Notes: generated from the sequence alone by a model not told the origin. A DNA stretch of 64,000 nt from an uncultured Thalassospiraceae bacterium (GCA_965368165.1 CBDULT010000014.1:21543-85542), one strand, 5' to 3'; shown: positions 20,015 through 29,602, counted from the first letter of the stretch. Numbers and translations: made by a program.

Positions 20015-20476
20015 GTGGCAATTTCAGGGCCCGACAATGGATGTTTTGATATTGCAGTTGTAAGAAAAGAAGGGCCCTTGCCCACTGTTCTTGTCTCTGC
20101 AATTTGTTTGGTTGATAGCGATGGGCGCGTGCTGATGGCTAAAAGACCCGAAGGGAAAGCCATGGCAGGTTTATGGGAGTTTCCTGGTGGAAAAATCCAT
20201 GAAGGAGAAACTCCTGAGGAGGCTTTGGTCCGTGAGGTCCATGAGGAACTCGGTATTGATATTACGGCTAGCTGCTTAGCACCTCTTGCATTTGCTTCCC
20301 ATTCCTATGAGGATTTCCACCTGTTGATGCCCTTGTTTGCTTGTCGCGTCTGGAAAGGCGACCTTGCTCCCCAGGAGGGGCAAGAGTTAAAATGGGTCTA
20401 TCCACATAAAATAGCACAACTTTCGCTCCCTGCAGCAGATGTTCCCCTTGTTGCCTTGGTGCGGGATTTTCTTTGA
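20015..20476 (+). CDS. mutT: NUDIX hydrolase, MutT-like (8-oxo-dGTP diphosphatase)
   Basis: Nudix box GGKIHEGETPEEALVREVHEELGI and the typical WEFPGGK context. Confidence 0.75.
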   Translation: MAISGPDNGCFDIAVVRKEGPLPTVLVSAICLVDSDGRVLMAKRPEGKAMAGLWEFPGGKIHEGETPEEALVREVHEELGIDITASCLAPLAFASHSYEDFHLLMPLFACRVWKGDLAPQEGQELKWVYPHKIAQLSLPAADVPLVALVRDFL

Positions 20477-20488
20477 GGTTTAAAAACG

Positions 20489-20578
20489 ATGCCCTTAAAA
20501 CACAAACTCGCCATAGCCGCCTTAATCCTTAATACGGTGCTTATAGCTTTTTTTGCCTATCTTAAGTTTACAGGATAA
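20489..20578 (+). CDS. Possible 29-aa hydrophobic small protein
   Basis: ATG to TAA reads MPLKHKLAIAALILNTVLIAFFAYLKFTG, a single TM-like helix. There is no clear SD sequence and it is below the ORF-track size cut-off. Confidence 0.2.
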   Translation: MPLKHKLAIAALILNTVLIAFFAYLKFTG

Positions 20579-20584
20579 TCAGAA

Positions 20585-20923
20585 ATGAAAAAGAACCCTC
20601 TGAAACTTAATAAGTTACAACTTAAAACCTTAACTCTGTTGCAAGAGCTGGCGAAGTCTCCCCATACATCAACCCTGGATGAAGAGACAGGGAGTGTATC
20701 AATTACCAGCTTCCCGGATCCCCATGGAAATCATTTCCATATTGGTTCCAAAGTTGTCATGGCGTCAGATGCGACCGGCTTTAAGAACGAGGGAGTTTGG
20801 CAATCTTTGCATAGAAAAGGTCTGGCAAAGGCGACATATCCTGTTGTTCTTATCCTTAATAAAGAGGGATTGGCTTATGACACCGGGCTTTATGAAAAAA
20901 TTCTGCATGGTAGTGATCATTGA
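20585..20923 (+). CDS. Hypothetical protein
   Basis: 112-aa ORF. Its stop overlaps the next start (TGATG). No family recognised. Confidence 0.55.
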   Translation: MKKNPLKLNKLQLKTLTLLQELAKSPHTSTLDEETGSVSITSFPDPHGNHFHIGSKVVMASDATGFKNEGVWQSLHRKGLAKATYPVVLILNKEGLAYDTGLYEKILHGSDH

Positions 20924-21672
20924 TGGCTAAGCCGAAGGTCGTTACCTCTGGTATTGTCGTTATTGGCAACGAAGTATTGTCGGGACGCACCCAGGATGTA
21001 AACGTTAATTTTTTGGCGTCGAGCCTAGGTGAGCTTGGTATCCGGGTTTCGGAAGTCCGCATTATTCCTGATGTTAAAGAAACCATCATTGAAACAGTCA
21101 ACCACTGTCGGAAACAGTTTGATTATGTTTTCACCACGGGAGGGATTGGCCCGACACATGACGATATCACAACGGAAAGTATTGCCGCAGCTTTTGGCAA
21201 AAAAGTTATCTTAAGTCCGGAAGGCAAAGATTTACTTTTGGGCAAGTACGGCATCGAAAAATTAACCGATGCGCGTATGAAGATGGCTCATGTACCCGAG
21301 GGAGCCATACTCATCGACAATCCAGTGAGCAAAGCCCCAGGCTACTCCATCGAAAACGTATTTGTTTTGGCAGGTGTGCCGGCAATCGTGAAGGCTATGT
21401 TTACCTCTTTACCCGAAAGACTGGTCGGAGGAGATAAGGTCCACTCCATATCCGTTTCAGCTGAACTTGCAGAAGGGAAGCTTGCTGTTGGGTTGGAAAA
21501 TTTGCAAAATAAATATGAAGGGGTGGAAGTTGGGAGTTATCCCTATTACCGTAATAGCCGATATGGAGTCAGTATTGTCTTGCGGGGAACGGACCAAGAA
21601 AAACTAACCGCTTCGGCTGAAGAGCTAAAAGACTTAATGCATTCTTTAGGGGGACCCCCTCTAGAAGAATGA
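20923..21672 (+). CDS. Molybdopterin-binding (MoCF) domain protein, CinA N-terminal-like
   Basis: The IGNEVLSGRTQDVN...TTGGIGPTHDDIT motifs are typical of the CinA/MoaB-Mog fold. Confidence 0.8.
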   Translation: MAKPKVVTSGIVVIGNEVLSGRTQDVNVNFLASSLGELGIRVSEVRIIPDVKETIIETVNHCRKQFDYVFTTGGIGPTHDDITTESIAAAFGKKVILSPEGKDLLLGKYGIEKLTDARMKMAHVPEGAILIDNPVSKAPGYSIENVFVLAGVPAIVKAMFTSLPERLVGGDKVHSISVSAELAEGKLAVGLENLQNKYEGVEVGSYPYYRNSRYGVSIVLRGTDQEKLTASAEELKDLMHSLGGPPLEE

Positions 21673-21708
21673 AGGCCACAATCTAATAATAACTTGGGAG
21701 CCTGATCT

Positions 21709-22239
21709 ATGTCATTGAAGGGTATGTTTAAGGCCTGTGTTTCTGCAGTTCCGCTTTTTCTGTCGGGGTGCAGTGATGGCCCCGCTGTGGTCACAAATTA
21801 TCATAAAGGGGAAATCGTCTGGGAACTGGCAACCTCTGCTGGAAAAGATGGCCCCATATTTGTTGAAATACATGGGAATCCATTCGGTGGTGGAGAACTA
21901 CAGGTGCAGTCAACGATTCTCTCAACAATGAGTAAGGCTATTCAGAAAAGAGTATTTACCTATACCCTTGATAAATCTGAGGCGCGCACGCCTGATGCAA
22001 AAGTTGCCATTCTTTTTGGTGCGCCGATTAATCTTAATGGCAACCGTATTTGTGAAGGGGATCGTCCAGAGCCCACCTATGATATGGAGAAAATCACTAT
22101 ACGTGCGGTTTTTTGTTCCCGGGATGAGCTTCTGTCAGATGTAGAAGGTTGGGTGAAAAACGTTTCTAACCCTGATGATAAAAGCTTCAAAACATTGATC
22201 GAAGTTGTCACGAGGGAACTGATTGAGTTGACTCCTTAA
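21709..22239 (+). CDS. Lipoprotein, function unknown
   Basis: Signal peptide with lipobox LSGC, 176 aa. Confidence 0.65.
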   Translation: MSLKGMFKACVSAVPLFLSGCSDGPAVVTNYHKGEIVWELATSAGKDGPIFVEIHGNPFGGGELQVQSTILSTMSKAIQKRVFTYTLDKSEARTPDAKVAILFGAPINLNGNRICEGDRPEPTYDMEKITIRAVFCSRDELLSDVEGWVKNVSNPDDKSFKTLIEVVTRELIELTP

Positions 22240-22413
22240 GCTGAGTGCGCTCAAATCGTATCAAGGAAGAGGCTTAGAGATTTGAAGAAATGTAAATTTT
22301 TTAAAAACTGATTGTCGTCTTCCAAAAAAACATAGAGGGTAGCGATAATTGGTGAACTTCAGTTCCCCAAACGTAATAACTTAATCCAAACCAATAATCG
22401 GGAGGTTTATATA

Positions 22414-23244
22414 ATGAAATCAATTAAATCCGGACTGGCCTTGCTTGCCGTAGCAACATTGGTCACAGGCTGTGTAACTTATGACCTTGATGGCGTTGCC
22501 ATGATGCCCCAAGAAGGCGATGCCTTCCAAAAAGGACTGCATGGTGAGTATGTTAAACTAGCGAAGATGGAAGCCGACGAAGGCGATTGGCATGATGCTG
22601 GTAAATTTAACAATAAAGCCAGAGCCGCAGCTATGGGATCTGCTGCAGGTCCACAAGACTTGATGGGACGTTCAATTCCAAGTGATAAAGTTGAAGAAAT
22701 GTCAGGCTATCGTATGCGTCTGGTTAAAGCGTTAGAAACTGGAGCCGGGGCAAAACCTGCCGCCGCCGCTCGGGCTCAAGCTGGCTTTGATTGCTGGATG
22801 CAAGAACAAGAAGAAAATTTCCAACCGAAAGATATCGAAGCTTGTAAAAAAAGCTTCATCATGGCTTTGGCTGAAATCGAAGGCAAAAAGAAAGCCGCGC
22901 CTAAGAAGAAAGTCCCTGGACCATTTGTTGTTTACTTCGGCTTCAACAGTGCTGAGCTAAGCGATGAAGGTTTCTCTGCTGTTGCTGAAGCTGCTGATAA
23001 AGCTAAATGGGCAAAAGCGACAGGTATCATCGTGGGGGCTCACACCGACACTTCAGGTTCCGGTGCTTATAACCAAGCTCTTTCAGAAGCTCGCATGAAA
23101 GCGGTTACGGAAATCATCACCATGGCTGGCTGGGATGGTAAATTGACCACCAAAGCTTATGGTGAAGAACTTCCTGCCGTACCAACAGCAGACGAAACCA
23201 AAGAAGACAAAAACCGTCGTGTAGAGATTGTTCTCGTTCAATAG
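22414..23244 (+). CDS. OmpA family lipoprotein
   Basis: Lipobox VTGC. The C-terminal OmpA-like domain reads FGFNSAEL...HTDTSGSGAYNQALSEARM...NRRVEI. Confidence 0.85.
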   Translation: MKSIKSGLALLAVATLVTGCVTYDLDGVAMMPQEGDAFQKGLHGEYVKLAKMEADEGDWHDAGKFNNKARAAAMGSAAGPQDLMGRSIPSDKVEEMSGYRMRLVKALETGAGAKPAAAARAQAGFDCWMQEQEENFQPKDIEACKKSFIMALAEIEGKKKAAPKKKVPGPFVVYFGFNSAELSDEGFSAVAEAADKAKWAKATGIIVGAHTDTSGSGAYNQALSEARMKAVTEIITMAGWDGKLTTKAYGEELPAVPTADETKEDKNRRVEIVLVQ

Positions 23245-23267
23245 AACAGTTCGGTTAGATTAATAAA

Positions 23268-23295
23268 GACCCCGTCCGAGTGACGGGGTTTTTTG
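23268..23295 (+). terminator. Rho-independent terminator
   Basis: Stem CCCCGTC/GACGGGG with a 5-nt loop, followed by TTTTTT. Confidence 0.75.
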
Positions 23296-23313
23296 TTGGA
23301 AAATGCTATCTCC

Positions 23314-23535
23314 TTAAGGTTTGTCTGGGTCAGGTTTGCCTTTGATTAAGCGGGCGACCAATATCCCGAGGGCCCATACACCAAGGGGAACTAAGAAAAT
23401 CCAGTTAAACCAGGGGTCCGTCATGTCCCCTTGCGTTTTAATCAAGATAAAAATGATCCAGGCAGTAGAGAAAAGATAGCCCATTCTTGTCCAGAACGAA
23501 CGGCGTTTAAGGTTGGGTTCAGTTGGTTGATTCAT
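23314..23535 (-). CDS. Small membrane protein, function unknown
   Basis: 73 aa with two hydrophobic helices. It is the only long ORF in this interval. Confidence 0.5.
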   Translation of the reverse strand: MNQPTEPNLKRRSFWTRMGYLFSTAWIIFILIKTQGDMTDPWFNWIFLVPLGVWALGILVARLIKGKPDPDKP

Positions 23536-23740
23536 TAGCCATCCCTAAACTCATATAAATAAAAAAACAAGTTCTTGAATCTCAATTCCATTAATACCAT
23601 ATGCATATTGTAGATAACATTTAGGGAGGATAAAAAATTGACGCCGCCTGAGCAGACAAAAAACATATCAAGCTAATATACTTAGGGTGTTTACCCTTTT
23701 TGGCCCGGTTAGAGACTGGGCGATACGAATGTATCAATTT

Positions 23741-23770
23741 TGAACCCTCCAGGTAAGCCTGGAGGGTTCA
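23741..23770. other. Perfect 13-bp-stem palindrome upstream of the MCP gene
   Basis: TGAACCCTCCAGG-TAAG-CCTGGAGGGTTCA. The following T tract (TCGTTT) is weak. Confidence 0.4.
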
Positions 23771-23889
23771 TCGTTTAGAATATTGCTTAATATAGGGCAT
23801 ATATCTTTATTTCTTCGAGACTCTTCCTCAAGGCTTTCCTATAGTAAAAATAGCTAATACCCGCATAAAGCAGGTAAGGGAATTGAATT

Positions 23890-25635
23890 ATGCACTTGAG
23901 TATCGTCAAAAAAATTGGTGTTGGAAATTTAGGACAGCTAATAGGTATTATTACTCTGCTGTTTGCCTTTTGGGGAACCAACGAGAGCTTTTTGAATATC
24001 CAGAATAAAGTTGAACAATCTGCTGATAGCACGGTTGCTCATATCAAAGAAATTTCTACTGAATTTGATACGGCTTTTAAAGAATTGGCAACTCATGCCA
24101 CGAATGCAGGTGCTGGCAAGGAAATAGATGCGGCTTATATGTCGGCAAAGTCCCGCCTTGATACGGTAACCCAAAAACTCTTATCGAGCCAAAAATCAGA
24201 AGCAGAGGAGGTCAAGACTCTGGTTGATGAGGCTATTGATACAGGTTGGTTTACCATGACTGGCAGGACCTTCTGGCAAATCCTTGTGCTGCTTTATTTT
24301 CTTTATATTGCGAAATTTTCCCTTGGTGATCCTCTGCGAAAAATCACCGAAGCCGCAAAACGTCTGACAGAAAATGATCTCGAAGTCGAAATTCCAGGGA
24401 CCTCCCGCGAAGATGAGGTTGGTCAAATAGCTCGTGCTGTTGAGGTATTCAAAACCAATGCCATTGAAAACCAAAACCTGAGGGCAGAACGCAACCTAGA
24501 ACAGGTAAAAGCCCAGGAAACCATCAAGAACAATATGCTTGATATGGCCAATGCCTTGGATAAGGAAGTCCAAACCACGGTAACGGCTGTCGTTGAGAAG
24601 TCTGAGACAATGCGGGTTGCTGCAGAAAAAATGCAGGCGAAAATTCTTAGTGTTGAAGAAGAAACCGCAACGGTTGCGTCCAGTTCTGAAGAGGCCTCGG
24701 CAAACGTCATAACGGCGGCAAAGGCTGCGGAAGACCTCTCCAATTCAATCTCAGAAATTACTCAAGAAGTCACAAACTCCAGTCAGATTGCCCAGGCGGC
24801 TGTCCGGGAGGCTGAAGCCGCAAATCAAAAAATTCAAGGCTTGGTTGATTCGGCACAAAAAGTAGGCGAGGTCGTCAATCTGATTAATGATATTGCCGAA
24901 CAAACCAACCTGCTGGCTTTGAATGCAACGATTGAAGCGGCTCGTGCAGGTGAGGCGGGTAAAGGATTCGCTGTTGTCGCTTCTGAAGTCAAAAATCTTG
25001 CTCACCAGACGGCAAATGCAACGGGTGAAATCGGTGGTCAGATTACAGAAATTCAGAATGCCATCAAAGAAGCTGTATCGGTTATTGAATCGATTGGTGG
25101 GACCATTGAAAAAACTGAAGTTTCGGCCTCAAGTATTGCTGAGGCTGTCGAGAGGCAAAACGTTGCAACTCAACAGATTGCCCGTAATGTTGATGACGCT
25201 GCGATCGGAACCCAAGATGTGTCGACTCGGATTGTTGACGTTTCCAGTGCTACCCAGGAAACGGGAGCGATTTCTAAAGATGTTCAAAGAAATGTGGAAG
25301 CAATGTCGGAAGATATCCATAGCCTTCAAGAACGCCTGACAACGATTTTACGCGAGTCTACGGCCGGTAATCGCCGAGGGTCTGAGCGCTATAATATGGA
25401 AGACCGAACCACCTTGACTGTTCGGGGTCGTTCAATGGACGTTACTATGAAAGATGTTTCAATGACAGGGGCGGGAATTGAGCCACAAGTCTCCATCCAC
25501 TTGGAAATGGGTGATGTGGTTGAAATCAATGTGCCGAAGCTTGGGGTGTTGCGGGCTACGATCATGAGGGTACTGCCAACAGTTATTGGTATGCGTTTTG
25601 ATGAAGCCCAATCAATGGATGGCATCGCTGCATGA
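23890..25635 (+). CDS. Methyl-accepting chemotaxis protein with a C-terminal PilZ domain
   Basis: Two TM helices, HAMP, the MCP signalling core [25 protein letters not shown], then RGSER (RxxxR) and DVSMTG (DxSxxG) PilZ motifs from about nt 25378. Confidence 0.9.
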   Translation: MHLSIVKKIGVGNLGQLIGIITLLFAFWGTNESFLNIQNKVEQSADSTVAHIKEISTEFDTAFKELATHATNAGAGKEIDAAYMSAKSRLDTVTQKLLSSQKSEAEEVKTLVDEAIDTGWFTMTGRTFWQILVLLYFLYIAKFSLGDPLRKITEAAKRLTENDLEVEIPGTSREDEVGQIARAVEVFKTNAIENQNLRAERNLEQVKAQETIKNNMLDMANALDKEVQTTVTAVVEKSETMRVAAEKMQAKILSVEEETATVASSSEEASANVITAAKAAEDLSNSISEITQEVTNSSQIAQAAVREAEAANQKIQGLVDSAQKVGEVVNLINDIAEQTNLLALNATIEAARAGEAGKGFAVVASEVKNLAHQTANATGEIGGQITEIQNAIKEAVSVIESIGGTIEKTEVSASSIAEAVERQNVATQQIARNVDDAAIGTQDVSTRIVDVSSATQETGAISKDVQRNVEAMSEDIHSLQERLTTILRESTAGNRRGSERYNMEDRTTLTVRGRSMDVTMKDVSMTGAGIEPQVSIHLEMGDVVEINVPKLGVLRATIMRVLPTVIGMRFDEAQSMDGIAA

Positions 25636-26297
25636 TCGCTGAGGGCCGCCGTAATATCCTGCTATTAGGGCTTAGTCTCGCTTTCGCTGCGGCTCACCTT
25701 TTTTGTCAGCAATATGGGGTGTTTCCAGCGAAGCCCTTTATAAAAGCACCGGTTGTTCTTTTGCTTTGTGTTTATGGTTTCTTAAACAGCGAAGGGCGGG
25801 TGCGCTTCTTGTTATGCTTGGCCTTATTACTCTCTGATCTCGGCGATATCTTTTTGGCTCTTGAGTCTAAGTATTTCTTGCATGGTCTTGTTTCCTTCTT
25901 AATCGCACATCTCTTTTATATCGCCTTGTTTTTAAAACACCGCAAAGAGGGCATCAAGGGGCACCACATTTGGGTTGCTCTTGTTTTTGCCGCTTACGGA
26001 GTTGGCCTGGTGTCATTCCTCTATCCATCTCTTGGCACCATGGCGGTCCCTGTGATGGTTTATGCAATTGTGCTTATCGGTATGGGTGTAACCTCTAACA
26101 TGGGGGCCTTTGGCACGCCTATGGTTGCCTTCGGGGCCGTGTCATTCATTCTGTCGGATTCGGGGATTGCCATAAACAAATTCTATATGCCCGTTGAGTG
26201 GTTAGATTATGTCACCTGGCCTCTATATGTATTAGCCCAGTTCTGGATTGTCCTTGGGGTGACAAAAAAATTCAGAGAAGGGGGTCGCAATGATTAA
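25632..26297 (+). CDS. YhhN-family membrane protein (lysoplasmalogenase-like)
   Basis: 221 aa, multi-TM, with a YhhN-like LSDxGDIFL motif. Its start overlaps the MCP stop. Confidence 0.75.
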   Translation: MIAEGRRNILLLGLSLAFAAAHLFCQQYGVFPAKPFIKAPVVLLLCVYGFLNSEGRVRFLLCLALLLSDLGDIFLALESKYFLHGLVSFLIAHLFYIALFLKHRKEGIKGHHIWVALVFAAYGVGLVSFLYPSLGTMAVPVMVYAIVLIGMGVTSNMGAFGTPMVAFGAVSFILSDSGIAINKFYMPVEWLDYVTWPLYVLAQFWIVLGVTKKFREGGRND

Positions 26298-26436
26298 AAG
26301 TGCAGAATTTTCTAATCTTCAGCAAAGCAGTGCATTAATCCCAAAAACGCAAACTGTTGAAGGCGAGAAGAACACAGACTAAAAGGTTCAGAATAAGTGC
26401 AAACCGCTTTAGATCGTTTGGTCGGTAAGTAACTTT

Positions 26437-26476
26437 CCCAAAAAAAGGGGGCGATTATCTAATGATAACCGCCCTT
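26437..26476 (-). terminator. Rho-independent terminator (minus strand)
   Basis: The minus strand reads GGGCGGTTATC-ATTA-GATAATCGCCC followed by CCTTTTTTTGGG. Confidence 0.7.
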
Positions 26477-26883
26477 AGTCAGCCGAGAAACTACGTCTTG
26501 CTCAGCACTCACTCCTAAAAGTGAGCAACTGATGAAGAATATGCCGTTATTCTGGTGGTTTGTCCTCACCCATATGGGGGAGGCGCGTTATTCTTTCTCA
26601 TTCACATGATGTTAACATCAGTTAAATCACCCTGAAATATCTCGCTGCTATAAATTTCCTTACCTTCTCTTGGGAGGAGTGGCGAGACGGAAAAGGATTA
26701 TAAGTCCAATCGAGATACGATCAAACAGCGGTACAAACCGCATTTGAAATAAAAAGAAAGCCCCCTTTTTCCACTATCTCAAAGCCACTTTTACAAAGAA
26801 GATAAAATTTCCTAAGAGAGGGGATAGGTATAAGATGATCATGTAAAATGACATATCAAATCCCTAGTTCTACTGTCTAGATC

Positions 26884-26923
26884 AACCTCATTGCCCCCCC
26901 TAATGGCGATGAGGTTTTCTTTT
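26884..26923 (+). terminator. Rho-independent terminator (plus strand)
   Basis: 12-bp stem AACCTCATTGCC/GGCGATGAGGTT, 9-nt loop, then TTCTTTT. Confidence 0.6.
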
Positions 26924-26941
26924 GGGGAAAACTACTGAAAT

Positions 26942-27898
26942 CTACAAATTATAAGGGTCTTCAATCCATTTTTCGAGAATTTGTCGATCTTTATCTTCGA
27001 GAAAAGCAAAGTCGCTTTTTGACCAGCTAATTTCTTCTCGAATTGATTTGACCATGGCATAGGACATGAATTTTTTAGTCAGCATTAGGAAGTACCAAGC
27101 CATAGGGAAACCAGCCTCTTTATCCAGGCTGTTGAGCATCTGGACAATGGGGCCGCTTTTGCTCATCCCACTCATATCGTAAGCGTGAATAGCATCGGCA
27201 TGGGGTGAGAAAAGCTTAACCTCATGTCTATGCTCTCCAACATCACGGAGCAGAGGCTGTATGGCGATGGCCCAGTGCTTGTAAAATTCCGTATTGTCTC
27301 CTGCACTGCTTTGTTCCCACTCTTGTAGAAATCTCTTGAATCGAGGGTCCCCACTATATTCAGAAGTCAGTTCCGACCCGATATCTGAGAAACAAATGGC
27401 CTTTTTAAAAACGTACCGGGGTTTTGATAAGGCACGATGTTCAACTTCAGCAAAGTCCAGAGGATCGATGATATCTTCAAGCGTGTCCGGAATCGTATCG
27501 GGGTTGAAAAGCTCCCGCTCGATGACCTCTTGGACTTCTTCAACTTCGATTTGAAGAAAATCTAGGGATTTATCACCTGTGGGGGCACTGAGATAATGGG
27601 TTTTACCCGAAAATGCCGTGGCGCAATAGCCTTCATCACCATATTCGGCAACCAAATCCATCACGTCACCATTGGCAGTTTCTTCGACCCATTCTTCGAG
27701 GTTTTCAGCAACGCGTTGACCCTCTGCCGTAACGATTCCTCCGACGCGATACCAATCTTTTTCGGTAAAACTCAGGTGAAATTCATAGCCAGAAAGGGTG
27801 CTGTTTATTGCTTCTAAAAGGGAGGGCGTGCCAGAGCCTGGCTGTATGGAATCGCAGGCTTTTGCGAGTGCTTCTGCGTTCACGGATGTTGTATTCAT
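26942..27898 (-). CDS. Hypothetical acidic protein, orphan. No family recognised.
   Basis: 318-aa ORF from the ATG at 27898 (the track uses the upstream GTG at 27907). It is monocistronic and flanked by large non-coding regions. Confidence 0.65.
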   Translation of the reverse strand: MNTTSVNAEALAKACDSIQPGSGTPSLLEAINSTLSGYEFHLSFTEKDWYRVGGIVTAEGQRVAENLEEWVEETANGDVMDLVAEYGDEGYCATAFSGKTHYLSAPTGDKSLDFLQIEVEEVQEVIERELFNPDTIPDTLEDIIDPLDFAEVEHRALSKPRYVFKKAICFSDIGSELTSEYSGDPRFKRFLQEWEQSSAGDNTEFYKHWAIAIQPLLRDVGEHRHEVKLFSPHADAIHAYDMSGMSKSGPIVQMLNSLDKEAGFPMAWYFLMLTKKFMSYAMVKSIREEISWSKSDFAFLEDKDRQILEKWIEDPYNL

Positions 27899-28062
27899 GC
27901 CCCTCACCAGTTGGGTTTTTAAGTCTTGTGTTCTTCCTGCACTAAGGGATAGCTAGAAGGATGTCAACAGGGGAAGGATAGTTTGGGATAAAACATTTTT
28001 TGACGAACCCCAAATAACCTGTTTAGCTATATAGGTCTTATTTATCAAGTTTTGAGGAAGTC

Positions 28063-28569
28063 GTGGTCGCGCCTAACCAGTCAATATCGCTTGAAGAAAG
28101 TACCGTCGAGACGGTTGCCGTTGTTGTCTCTTTTGAAGGAGGTGAAAACGATAGCGTGGTCATGGCGGCGGCTCGGAAATCGGCCTGTGATTCCTGTGCC
28201 TCATCGAAAAATTGTGGTGTCTCTGCTTTGTCTGGATTGTTCGGTAAAAGCCAACTTCATTTTAAAGTCCCTAATACCATGGATGCAAAAATTGGGCAGG
28301 CTTACGTTGTGGGGATCCCTCAAGTAGCTCTTTTGAAAATGGCTTCTATCGCTTATTTGGTCCCCTTGACCCTTCTCCTCGTTGGGGCAATTGGGGCCTC
28401 TGCGCTGGGGGCGTCTGACATGGGGGCCGCCTTTGGTGCTGTTATCGGGTTGATGATCGGAATAGCCGCTGCCCGCCGTGTTTCTGGTGCCCAAAGTCTT
28501 TTAAACTCGGCAACACCTAAAGTCCTTCGGCCTCATATTCCTGCCGGAAGCCCAAACTGCCATGGCTAA
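28063..28569 (+). CDS. rseC: RseC/MucC family (SoxR-reducing system) protein
   Basis: GTG start after GAGGAAG. Shows a CDSCASSKNCG cysteine cluster and two C-terminal TM helices, the typical RseC layout, and sits next to rnf genes. Confidence 0.7.
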   Translation: MVAPNQSISLEESTVETVAVVVSFEGGENDSVVMAAARKSACDSCASSKNCGVSALSGLFGKSQLHFKVPNTMDAKIGQAYVVGIPQVALLKMASIAYLVPLTLLLVGAIGASALGASDMGAAFGAVIGLMIGIAAARRVSGAQSLLNSATPKVLRPHIPAGSPNCHG

Positions 28570-29602
28570 ACGTCGTTTTCTTTTTGCTATTTTATTGTTT
28601 GTGGTTGCTGGCTGTAGTGAACCCCCGCCTCAAGAGCACAAAGAAACCGTCTATGTTTTCGGAACCCTTGTGGAGTTCGTTATCAGAGGGGTAGAGAAGG
28701 AAGAAGCGCGTCACGCCATCGCCGAAATAGATGTTGAGTTTCAGCGCATGCACAAAGACTGGCATGCCTGGAAACCTGGCGAGCTTGATAGCCTGAACAA
28801 AGCTTTTGCCCGGGGGGAAGGAAAAGAAGTTTCCCCTTTCTTATTGCCTTTGATCTTACAGGCCAAAGAGCATTACAGATTAAGCAATGGATTGTTTAAT
28901 CCTGCCATCGGTGGCTTGATCAGTGCGTGGGGGTTTCATAGCGATGAACTTCCCAAGGGTTCTATGCCGCCTTTAGATAAAATCAAAGCTCTCGCCGCGA
29001 CCCACCCTTCTATGGATGATGTCCATGTGGATGGAAACAAAGTCACCAGCATCAATAAAAATGTTCACTTGGATTTTGGTGGTTTTGCCAAAGGGGTTGC
29101 CTTGGATTGGGCGATCAACAGGTTGCGTGGGCGGGGAATCAAAAGCGCTGTGGTTAATGCTGGTGGGGATTTGAATACTCTGGGCAGTGCCGGAGATCGG
29201 CCTTGGAAAATTGGCATTCGCCATCCGGTCAACTGGGGGGTGATCGCCTCAATTGAAATGAAAGAGGATGAAAATCTTTACACTTCAGGTAATTATGAAC
29301 GCTATCGGGAGCATGAGGGGATTAAATATGCCCATATTCTTGACCCTCGAAGCGGCATGCCTGTGCGCCATATCGTTTCGGCGAGCGTTATACACCCAGA
29401 CGGCGGCCTTGCCGATGCAGCCGCAACGGCCCTGACTGTCGCAGGCCCCAAAAACTGGTATCAAATTGCTAAAAAGATGGGGATTAAATATGCTCTTCTG
29501 GTTGACGATCAAGGGACCGTTTACTTAAATCCAGCCATGAAAGAGCGGGCAATATTTGCCAAAGATGAGCCAAAAAAACTGGTCGTTAGCGCACCACTTT
29601 AA
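28562..29602 (+). CDS. apbE: FAD:protein FMN transferase
   Basis: Lipobox VAGC with ApbE motifs GGFAKG and AHILDPRSG. Confidence 0.9.
   Translation: MAKRRFLFAILLFVVAGCSEPPPQEHKETVYVFGTLVEFVIRGVEKEEARHAIAEIDVEFQRMHKDWHAWKPGELDSLNKAFARGEGKEVSPFLLPLILQAKEHYRLSNGLFNPAIGGLISAWGFHSDELPKGSMPPLDKIKALAATHPSMDDVHVDGNKVTSINKNVHLDFGGFAKGVALDWAINRLRGRGIKSAVVNAGGDLNTLGSAGDRPWKIGIRHPVNWGVIASIEMKEDENLYTSGNYERYREHEGIKYAHILDPRSGMPVRHIVSASVIHPDGGLADAAATALTVAGPKNWYQIAKKMGIKYALLVDDQGTVYLNPAMKERAIFAKDEPKKLVVSAPL

Noticed and set aside
24860-24990. Apparent repeat between the two MCP genes (also 51862-51990), encoding the identical peptide [48 protein letters not shown]
   Set aside because: The DNA differs at many synonymous positions. 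This is purifying selection on the conserved MCP signalling hairpin, not a recent duplication or a mobile repeat.
26298-26941. Known housekeeping ncRNA (RNase P RNA, SRP/4.5S RNA, tmRNA, 6S RNA) in the large gap
   Set aside because: I could not find the hallmark sequences, such as GAGGAAAGTCCGGGC, the SRP GGAA tetraloop helix, or a tRNA-like T-arm/CCA end with a tag ORF. The region stays unassigned.
27940-27985. Possible third copy of the CTAGAAG...GGGGAA repeat upstream of the orphan gene
   Set aside because: The two half-motifs are separated by 10 extra nucleotides and the flanks do not match. The similarity is at chance level for a 7-mer.
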